Shown here: positions 8,121 through 15,400 of the stretch, piece after piece
Position numbering within the stretch: the stretch's first letter is position 1
How the letters are laid out: every line of letters starts with the position of its first letter
Assembly: GCA_965242925.1 (NCBI GenBank)
Contig: CBDEUM010000025.1
Coordinates: 1-17,479 of the forward strand
Direction of reading: 5' to 3'
DNA length: 17,479 nt
Source: Roseibacillus sp.
GTDB taxonomy: Bacteria > Verrucomicrobiota > Verrucomicrobiia > Verrucomicrobiales > Akkermansiaceae
Notes under the pieces: generated by a model
What the model saw: the letters and a program-made list of their open reading frames with translations, nothing else
The model's database searches: none
What the model was told of the DNA's origin: nothing
Made by a program: the position numbers and the translations under genes

Positions 8121-9497
8121 ATGTTTACCTCTCCATGCGATCCCATCTCCGTATTCGAGGACCAGCGCATATTCTTTGAGAGCGGACAATCGCGGGACCT
8201 GGCCTACCGCCAAGACAGACTCAAAAGACTTGCCCGGGAGCTTGAAAGACGCAGCGACGATGCTCTCGCCGCCCTCCATGCCGATCTGGGAAAGCCAGCC
8301 CTTGAGGCCTGGCTGGCAGAGATCCACTTTTTGCAGGCCGAACTGAAATACTGCCTTAAACACCTCAGGGGCTGGCAGAAGCCGCAACGCGGCCGGAATC
8401 CCTTCTACTTCTGGCCCGCGCGCAGCGAAATCCGCCGGGAACCCTTTGGCCAGGTTCTCATTGCCTCCCCCTGGAACTACCCGCTGCAACTCGCCCTCAG
8501 CCCCCTCCTTTCCGCCGTGGCAGCCGGGAACTGTGTGATCCTGAAGCCCTCTGAACTTGCCCCCGCCACCTCCGCCTTTCTGTCCGAACTGATCTCCTCG
8601 GTCTTTGAACCCGGACACGTTGCCCTCATCGAGGGTGGTCCGGAAACCGGAGCCCGCCTGCTGGAACTTCCTTTTCAGTTCTTCTTCTATACGGGTGGGG
8701 AGAATACAGGACGTCTCTATGCGGAGGCTGGAGCCCGGCATCTTGCCCCTGTCATCCTGGAGCTGGGAAGCAAGTGCCCGTGCATTCTCGACCACGGTGT
8801 CAATCTCAGGCGGAGCGTAGAACGCATTGTCGCCGGGAAGTTCTTCAATGCCGGCCAGACCTGTATCGCGCCCGACTTCGTGGTCCTCCCTGCGGACCTG
8901 CACGACGAGTTCCTCGAACGTGCGGAGGCGGAGATCCTGTCAAGCTACGGGTCAAGTCAGGGCCCCGACCTCGCACGGATTATCAATTCGACTCACTATC
9001 AGCGACTGCAGAACCTCCTTCCTCCTGATGCTCTCACGATCGGACAGGACGATTCTGAGAACCTCTTTTTCGCTCCACGCCTCCTGCCTGATACCCCCTG
9101 GGACAGCCCCGCCATGCAGGAAGAAATCTTCGGACCGGTCCTGCCCCTCATCCCCTATGAAGACCTCTCCGAGGCGCTGGATCACATGCAGGCCCTGCCA
9201 TCTCCTCTTGCCCTCTACGTCTTTTCCCATCACCAGGAACGAGGCGACCAGGTAGCATCTGCGCTACCCTCCGGGTCGATCTGCTTCAACGACGTCATGA
9301 AGACCGGGACCAACCACTTCCTTCCCCTCGGCGGACTGGGGCGAAGCGGCATGGGCCGCTACCGGGGGCGTTCCGGATTCGAGAGCTTTACCTATCAGCG
9401 ACCGGTCACCCGGCGCTGGCTTTGCAAGGATCCCTTCCTCGTCAAGGCCCCCTACCAGAACCAGCTGGGACGCCTGCGGAAGTTCCTGAAGTTCTGA
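8121..9497 (+). CDS. aldH: Aldehyde dehydrogenase, probably diapocarotenoid aldehyde dehydrogenase (AldH/CrtNc-like)
   Basis: 458 aa. PWNYP, LKPSE, LELGSKCP (catalytic Glu), NAGQTCIAPD (catalytic Cys), EEIFGP, PLALY. Substrate inferred from being divergent to crtP. Confidence 0.8.
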   Translation: MFTSPCDPISVFEDQRIFFESGQSRDLAYRQDRLKRLARELERRSDDALAALHADLGKPALEAWLAEIHFLQAELKYCLKHLRGWQKPQRGRNPFYFWPARSEIRREPFGQVLIASPWNYPLQLALSPLLSAVAAGNCVILKPSELAPATSAFLSELISSVFEPGHVALIEGGPETGARLLELPFQFFFYTGGENTGRLYAEAGARHLAPVILELGSKCPCILDHGVNLRRSVERIVAGKFFNAGQTCIAPDFVVLPADLHDEFLERAEAEILSSYGSSQGPDLARIINSTHYQRLQNLLPPDALTIGQDDSENLFFAPRLLPDTPWDSPAMQEEIFGPVLPLIPYEDLSEALDHMQALPSPLALYVFSHHQERGDQVASALPSGSICFNDVMKTGTNHFLPLGGLGRSGMGRYRGRSGFESFTYQRPVTRRWLCKDPFLVKAPYQNQLGRLRKFLKF

Positions 9498-9644
9498 GCC
9501 AAGCCGTAGTCCTGGCTTCAAGGCACCCCCACCTACCGTCCGGAGGGCGGGTCAATGCCCCGTCTCTTCTAAATCGCCCTCTTTTGGAGCAAGCTGCTGA
9601 CATTAAGTTGTTTAAGAAAAATCAACTCTCTGCCTATTTTGGTC

Positions 9645-9680
9645 TTTCCATTTTAAACTAGTTAGACTAGTTTATATCTG
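9645..9680 (+). promoter_or_regulatory. TA promoter with palindromic operator
   Basis: Perfect inverted repeat TAAACTAGT-tag-ACTAGTTTA at 9654-9674. Candidate -35 TTTCCA (9645-9650), 17-bp spacer, -10 TAGTTT (9668-9673). 9601-9680 is AT-rich (23/80 G+C by hand count). Confidence 0.65.
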
Positions 9681-9890
9681 GTGAGACGAATTGGAATCTT
9701 TGAGGCCAAGACCAAGCTCAGTGCCATCGTGGCACAGATCATGTCCGAAGGTGAGGTGTTCCAGATCACCAAGCATGGCCGCACAGTAGCCGAACTTCGT
9801 CCCCCCACCGGGCAACCAGTCTCCCCTCAGCGGGGCACCGCCAGTGGTCCCGGTTTCTGGATGGCCGCCGACTTCGACGAACCTTTGTAA
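9681..9890 (+). CDS. Phd/YefM-family type II antitoxin (possibly C-terminally clipped)
   Basis: 69 aa, GTG start. IGIFEAKTKLS...GE...ITKHGRTVAELRP is the Phd/YefM signature. Tail RG...FWMAADFDEPL resembles antitoxins paired with PIN toxins. Confidence 0.88.
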   Translation: MRRIGIFEAKTKLSAIVAQIMSEGEVFQITKHGRTVAELRPPTGQPVSPQRGTASGPGFWMAADFDEPL

Positions 9891-10085
9891 CTACCTTTTA
9901 ACTGCCCACCTTTCCTGCCTCGCCCCTTCCAAAGCAGACGCGGGACAAGACTGTTCACCCCTTAACCGTTCAAGCCTTGGCACAAGATTACCCCTGCCCC
10001 TACCTGACCCACCCTTAGAGCAATCCCCCGTCCAGAGTTCACACTGTCCCCTCCCTTTACTGCTACCCTGCAAACCCCCTGCCCT

Positions 10086-10117
10086 GCCGGACCCCGGGAC
10101 TCGTCCCGGGGTCTGGT
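10086..10117. repeat. Strong GC-rich inverted repeat/hairpin
   Basis: GACCCCGGGAC (10090-10100) and GTCCCGGGGTC (10103-10113) are perfect reverse complements, extendable by 4 pairs (2 G-U) to 10086-10117. Confidence 0.8.
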
Positions 10118-10164
10118 TGCTTCAGGAGTACTGAGTCCTCTCCCTCCACCCGTTCCCCCTCCCC

Positions 10165-10551
10165 ATGAACCTCCTGCTCGACTCCAATACGGTGGTCTGG
10201 TTTCTCGAAGGAGCCTCCGAACTTTCCGAAACTGCAGCCGGGCTCATTGAGAGCCTCGACTCCCGCTCCCTCATTAGTTCCGTTACTCCATGGGAGCTTG
10301 CGGTAAAAACCGGCCTGGGCAAGCTGCGTCTTCCCTACAGTCTTGGCGAGGAGTTCGATTCCACCCTGCAATCAATGGGTTTCGAACTCCTCCCCCTGAG
10401 CCAGGCTGCCCTTGAGCGCACCGCACGCCTCCCCGGTCACCACCGTGATCCATTCGACCGCCTTCTGGTTGCCGAAGCCCTCGAACAGAGCGCGGCCCTC
10501 GTCAGTCCCAACGAGATCCTTGACGATTACGGCGTCAACCGCATCTGGTGA
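10165..10551 (+). CDS. vapC: PIN-domain VapC-family toxin
   Basis: 128 aa. MNLLLDSNTVVW, S.VTPWELAVK..LGKL and LPGHHRDPFDRLLVAEA carry the PIN acidic residues. Downstream of a Phd antitoxin. Confidence 0.9.
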   Translation: MNLLLDSNTVVWFLEGASELSETAAGLIESLDSRSLISSVTPWELAVKTGLGKLRLPYSLGEEFDSTLQSMGFELLPLSQAALERTARLPGHHRDPFDRLLVAEALEQSAALVSPNEILDDYGVNRIW

Positions 10552-10560
10552 CACCCTCGA

Positions 10561-11409
10561 TCAGGGATCGATTTCTCCCTCCGCCAAGGCACGGAAGGCG
10601 GACCGGAGCCGGAACGTCACTTCACCCGGAGCATCGGGCAGAACTACGCCATCCACAGCCCTGATGGCCTGCACCTCACGCGTTGTTGAAGTAAGAAAGG
10701 CCTCCCTCGCCCGGGCGAGGGCACTCACCGGTAGCTCCTTCTCCCGGACCTCAAGCCCTTCCTTTTCGCACAACTCGATGACGAGGGCCCTCGTTACGCC
10801 AGCCAGGCACCCGCTCTCCAGAGGTGGCGTTACTAATAGACCCTCGCTGACGAGAAACACATTGGAACCAGTCCCTTCACACAGTTCCCCCTTTGTGTTG
10901 GCAAAGATGGCCTCCCCTCCCCCCTTCGCCCTGGCCGCCGCCAGAGCCACCACGTTTTCTCCATAGGAGGTCGTCTTCACCCCCGCCAGAGCCCCGTTTT
11001 CATTTCGGGAATAGGGAACCACGGAGACATCCTCGGTCTCGCCCCACTCCACCGTGGGAGAAGCGGCCACCAGAGTGGTCTCCCCCGCCTCGCCTCGCTC
11101 GCTGCCCAGGGGCGCCAGCCCTCCCGTCACCGTGATGCGAAGGCGCGCCCGGCACTCAACCAATCCGTTGGCCCGCAGGACCTCGAGGCAGGCGCTCCGG
11201 AGCTCCTCCAGTGAGCCCACTGAAAGCCCCATCGTTCCAGCCGATCGTTGCAACCGCTGGTGATGACGAGTGAAGGCAAAGGGAGTCCCCGCGCAGGAAA
11301 GCATCGTTTCAAACACTCCGTTGCCAACCGTAATTCCATGATCGAAAGGCGAAATCCCTCCCTCGGCCGCGTCTCGCAGGGAGCCATTGATCCAGACCGT
11401 CGCTTCCAT
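10561..11409 (-). CDS. Class IV PLP-dependent aminotransferase (IlvE/PabC/D-amino acid aminotransferase family)
   Basis: WINGSL, FDHGITVGNGVFET, H.QRL..SA, PLP lysine in GVKTTSY, EGTGSNVF, CLAGVTR, EAFLTST. Start set at ATG 11409 (282 aa). Substrate not determinable. Confidence 0.88.
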   Translation of the reverse strand: MEATVWINGSLRDAAEGGISPFDHGITVGNGVFETMLSCAGTPFAFTRHHQRLQRSAGTMGLSVGSLEELRSACLEVLRANGLVECRARLRITVTGGLAPLGSERGEAGETTLVAASPTVEWGETEDVSVVPYSRNENGALAGVKTTSYGENVVALAAARAKGGGEAIFANTKGELCEGTGSNVFLVSEGLLVTPPLESGCLAGVTRALVIELCEKEGLEVREKELPVSALARAREAFLTSTTREVQAIRAVDGVVLPDAPGEVTFRLRSAFRALAEGEIDP

Positions 11410-11478
11410 GAACCGGAGCACATCGTATCCTGGGAAGGTTTGCAACCCCGACCCAAACACCGATGATCGCTTTCAGTC

Positions 11479-12063
11479 TTGAACTACCTCGCCCATCTCT
11501 ACCTCGCCGGACCCACCGATGCCTCCCGCATCGGAAATCTCCTGGGCGACTTTGTGAAGGGCACCCCCACCTCCCTGGAGGGGGACTATCCCGTGGAAGT
11601 CATCGCAGGCATCGTCATGCACCGCAAACTCGACCGCTTCACGGACCGCCACGAGCAGTTCCTCCGAGCTCGCAGCCTGCTCGCCCCGGAACGAAGGCGT
11701 TTTGCTGGAATCGTGGTCGATATCTTTTTCGACCACTTCCTGTCCCGGCACTGGCACGAGTATTCCGTGCAACCACTTCCCCTCTTCATCGAGGCGGTTC
11801 ATGCCTCGCTGCAACGCCATCCCGACTGGCTCAGCCCGAAACTAGCCGCCGTGGCTCCTCGCCTGCGCTCGGAAAACTGGCTTCATCGTTACGGCTCCCC
11901 GGAGGGCATTACCCTTACCCTGGAACGGGTCGCCCGGCGCTCTCCCCGTATAGCGCCCATCAAGGACTCGATCGAGGACCTCTTGGGGAAATACAACACC
12001 TTTGAAGAAACCTTCCTCCGCTTTTTCCCGGACGCCCGCGCCTTTGCGGCCACTCTTCTCTGA
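11479..12063 (+). CDS. acpH: Acyl carrier protein phosphodiesterase (AcpH family)
   Basis: 194 aa, TTG start. MNYLAHLYLA, GNLLGDFVKG, GIVMHRKLDRFTDRH, GIVVDIFFDHFLSRHW, NWL..Y, F..FFP. Confidence 0.92.
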   Translation: MNYLAHLYLAGPTDASRIGNLLGDFVKGTPTSLEGDYPVEVIAGIVMHRKLDRFTDRHEQFLRARSLLAPERRRFAGIVVDIFFDHFLSRHWHEYSVQPLPLFIEAVHASLQRHPDWLSPKLAAVAPRLRSENWLHRYGSPEGITLTLERVARRSPRIAPIKDSIEDLLGKYNTFEETFLRFFPDARAFAATLL

Positions 12064-12087
12064 CAGTTCTCCAGACGGGCATCCCCT

Positions 12088-15000
12088 TCAGGAAGGCTGC
12101 AGCTTGGTCTCCAGCAGTTCACGGAACTCCCGCAGGGCATCTTCCAGGAATCTGAGCTCCCGTTCGAACGCGAACACCAGTTCGCTCGCCGCCACGAGGT
12201 CACCCGCGGCAACCCGTTCATCCAGTTCCGTCACGCAATCCCATGTGCGACTGGCGCAGTAGTTCCCCACCAGGCCCTTCAGGCGGTGGGCTGCTTCGTG
12301 CAGAGCCCCGGCATCACCCTTCCGCTCGGCCTCCATGAGACTCTCCCGCATTGCTCCCGATTCTTCCTCGAAAATGCGGATGAGTTCACACATCAACAAC
12401 TCATCCCCGATACGACTTCGAAACCCGTCCGGATCAAAGACCTTCTCATCCGGTTCCTTCCCGTCGCACTGTATCTCTTCCGTTTCGGACTCGGAAACCA
12501 CCTCCACCCCGATGGGCTCGCCCACGGCCGCGGTTCCAGATCCAAAGCGCTCCACCACCCCGTAGAATTCGTCCGATTCGATAGGTTTGGAGATGTAATC
12601 GTCCATTCCGGCGTTCAGGCACTCCTCGCTGTCCCCGGGCATGGCATACGCAGTCATGGCGATGATGGGAACGTGCCCACCCGTCTTCTGTTCCCGTGCC
12701 CGGATTTCCTGGGAGGCCTCGAATCCACTCATCAGCGGCATCTGTATGTCCATCAGGATCACGTCGAAGTCCTCCTTTCTTGCACGGTCCACCGCTTCCA
12801 GTCCGTTCTCGACCACCGTGACCCGGTGTCCCCGCCTTTCAAGCAGGCGAACCGCGACCAGTTGATTGACCTTCCCGTCCTCCGCCAGGAGAATTTCCAT
12901 CGGAGCCACCCCGCTCTGATGCTCCCCGGCCTCGCCATCCCTCAGCCGCGGCAATCTGTTCCCCATTCCCATGGTGAGCATGATGGCATCGAGCAACATC
13001 GAGTGCTTGATCGGCTTGTTCACGACCTTCATAATTCCCAGTTCACCGATCTCCCGGTCCGGGGTGCCCTCGCTCACTGAGCCGAGCAGGATCATTGGCA
13101 GGTCAGACCAACGCGACTGTCCCCGGATGCGCCTCGCCAGCTGAAGTCCATCCGTACCCGGCATGGCGCGATCGATGATCCCCAGTTTCACCTCCTGTCC
13201 TTCCCTCTCCAGCTCCTCCAGCTTGGCCAGGGCGCTTTCCGCATCCGGACAGAGGATGCCGGTCATTCGCCAGTTGTTGAGCATTTCGCCCACGATCTCC
13301 CGTTGGGTTGTATTGTCTTCGACCACCAGGACGGGGAGTCCATCCAGCGACCGCAGGATGTCGGCCTCGCTGCTCTTCTCCGTCGCCCCCACATCAAAGA
13401 TTCCCGTGAAATAAAAGGTGCTGCCCTCTCCCTCCACGCTCTCCACCCAGATCTCGCCTCCCATCTTCTTCACGATGCGCCTCGAGATAGCCAATCCCAG
13501 TCCAGAACCTCCAAACTCCCTCGTGGTGGAACTGTCAGCCTGTTCAAACATCTCGAAGATCGTTTCCGTCCGGTCGGCCCGCACTCCGACCCCCGTATCC
13601 CTCACCTTGAACAGAAGTTCGATCTGCCCATCCAGTTTCTTCCCAGCCTCCACACTTACCAGAACCTCCCCCTGGTCGGTGAACTTCAGAGCATTACCCA
13701 CCAGGTTGACAACCACCTGGCGCAACCGGGTCAGATCGCCTGCCAGAATCCTGGGAACCGCAGGATCCACCCGGAAGGCCAACTCCAGATCCTTCTCGGC
13801 CGCACGGGGAAAAAGGGTATGGAGCATGTCGCCCACTGAGCCACGCAGATCAAACTCCCGACGCTCCAGTTCCAGTTTGCCCGCCTCGATCTTGGAGTAA
13901 TCGAGAATGTCGTTCAGCAGCATGAGGAGTGCCTGGGCCGACTGCTCCACAAGAATCTGGTAATGGCGTTGCTCCTCGGTGAGATTCGTTCCCAAAGTCA
14001 GCTCCGTGATCCCCATGATGGCATTCATGGGGGTGCGTATTTCATGGCTCATGTTGGCAAGGAAATCACCCTTCGCCTTGCTGGCCTCCTTGGCCCGCTC
14101 CATGGCCTCCCTCAGTTTTTTCTGCGCCTCCCCCAGCCGAGCCCTCATCTGATTGAACTCGTGGCTGAGCTCGGATAGCTCATCGCGCCCGGCCACCGAG
14201 ATGGGCGCCTCGGTCGTTCCCTTCCCGATTTGCTTGGTGGCTTCCACCAACCTCTTCATCCTCCGGGAGACAGGAAAAACAACCCAGAGCATTACCGCCA
14301 CTCCCAGAATGGTTGCCATTGCGGCAGCCAGAATGACATTGTTCCGCAACTGTCGGACCGGAGCGAGCAGGGTGTCCGCCTCCGCAGTGTGGACCGCCAG
14401 CCAGCCAAGACTGCTCACTATCCCCTCTTCCGGGGGAACCGCATAGGTGTAAACCTGTTCCCGACCGGATGCATCCTTCTCGAGAACCTGTGTCCCCTCC
14501 AGTCTGCCGCTCTCGTTGGGCACAAGATATCGACGCCCATCAGACAGGGTCCGGGTTCTTCCCCTGCCACCGATCCGGATCAACTGACCTTCACTGTTCA
14601 GAAGCACCATGCCTTGATCCCGTCCCCCCCGTCGCGCGTAAGAGTCGACTACATCCAGCACCTCCTGCAGGTTGATCTTCACGCGCATGATCCCCACGAA
14701 CTCGCCCTCCTGGTCATTGATCCTGAGGCAGAAGGAGATGGAAACCTCCTCCTGGCCGTTCCCATCCCGGCCTACGGTCACATCTCCTATGTAGGGACTG
14801 CTGGCCTTTGCCTCCTGCCACCAGACGCTGCCATCGTGCAGATACCCGGCAGTGGGACTGCTCTGGGCCACGATCCCGCCGAAGGCATTGGTCAGCATCA
14901 CCCCATGGAAGATCTCCGTGCCCCCGCTCAACTCGGTCATCTTGTCGACGGTGGAGCCGAGCTCACGTGAGAGGGAGCGGTCCAGGACCCCGTCCGGAAG

Positions 15001-15315
15001 GTTCCTTCGCCTCTCCTCGTCACTCCAAACCAGCGCAATCTCCTCCACGAGGCCCTCCTTTTTGCGCAGCATCTCGTTCGACTTGACCAGAGTGGCAATC
15101 ACCTCCTCGTCCTTGGAGAACTTCTCCCAGGTGTTGGTGCGCGCCCTGAGCAGGCGGTCGATCTCCTCCTGCATGGAGCGAACCTCCGCCATGGCAGCGG
15201 TCTGGATGGCTGCGCGAAGCTGGTCCTGCGAAGCCTTCACCACATAGACACCCACCAGCCAGATCAGAGCCGGCGAAATGCAGGTGGTGAGAAGCAACTT
15301 GGTTGAAAGCCTCAT
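12088..15315 (-). CDS. Hybrid sensor histidine kinase (TM-Cache-like sensor-TM-HAMP-HisKA-HATPase-REC-REC-Hpt)
   Basis: 1075 aa. HAMP GRDELSELSHEFNQM, H-box FLANMSHEIRTPMN, NLVGNALKFT, DTGVG, GGSGLGLAI. Two receivers (IIDRAMP...KP; LMDIQMP...KP). Hpt AAHRLKG. Confidence 0.93.
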   Translation of the reverse strand: MRLSTKLLLTTCISPALIWLVGVYVVKASQDQLRAAIQTAAMAEVRSMQEEIDRLLRARTNTWEKFSKDEEVIATLVKSNEMLRKKEGLVEEIALVWSDEERRRNLPDGVLDRSLSRELGSTVDKMTELSGGTEIFHGVMLTNAFGGIVAQSSPTAGYLHDGSVWWQEAKASSPYIGDVTVGRDGNGQEEVSISFCLRINDQEGEFVGIMRVKINLQEVLDVVDSYARRGGRDQGMVLLNSEGQLIRIGGRGRTRTLSDGRRYLVPNESGRLEGTQVLEKDASGREQVYTYAVPPEEGIVSSLGWLAVHTAEADTLLAPVRQLRNNVILAAAMATILGVAVMLWVVFPVSRRMKRLVEATKQIGKGTTEAPISVAGRDELSELSHEFNQMRARLGEAQKKLREAMERAKEASKAKGDFLANMSHEIRTPMNAIMGITELTLGTNLTEEQRHYQILVEQSAQALLMLLNDILDYSKIEAGKLELERREFDLRGSVGDMLHTLFPRAAEKDLELAFRVDPAVPRILAGDLTRLRQVVVNLVGNALKFTDQGEVLVSVEAGKKLDGQIELLFKVRDTGVGVRADRTETIFEMFEQADSSTTREFGGSGLGLAISRRIVKKMGGEIWVESVEGEGSTFYFTGIFDVGATEKSSEADILRSLDGLPVLVVEDNTTQREIVGEMLNNWRMTGILCPDAESALAKLEELEREGQEVKLGIIDRAMPGTDGLQLARRIRGQSRWSDLPMILLGSVSEGTPDREIGELGIMKVVNKPIKHSMLLDAIMLTMGMGNRLPRLRDGEAGEHQSGVAPMEILLAEDGKVNQLVAVRLLERRGHRVTVVENGLEAVDRARKEDFDVILMDIQMPLMSGFEASQEIRAREQKTGGHVPIIAMTAYAMPGDSEECLNAGMDDYISKPIESDEFYGVVERFGSGTAAVGEPIGVEVVSESETEEIQCDGKEPDEKVFDPDGFRSRIGDELLMCELIRIFEEESGAMRESLMEAERKGDAGALHEAAHRLKGLVGNYCASRTWDCVTELDERVAAGDLVAASELVFAFERELRFLEDALREFRELLETKLQPS

Positions 15316-15400
15316 CGGGATCGGATCAACCCTGTATACCCACGCAGTTCACCCTGCGCCAGCAAAACGCCGACTTCCCTCCCGACTGGAACCAGAGAGT

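Noticed and set aside
9520..9570. Possible terminator after aldH
   Set aside because: Only short imperfect stems and no proper U-tract.
9604..9633. IHF-like / imperfect AGTTG...CAACT inverted repeat
   Set aside because: Only a partial consensus match in AT-rich sequence; could be chance.
9844..10134. 96-aa Pro/Leu-rich ORF as a third TA gene or +1 frameshift extension of the antitoxin
   Set aside because: Composition simply mirrors the C-rich DNA and there is no convincing slippery site; only its last codons (LQEY) are of interest.
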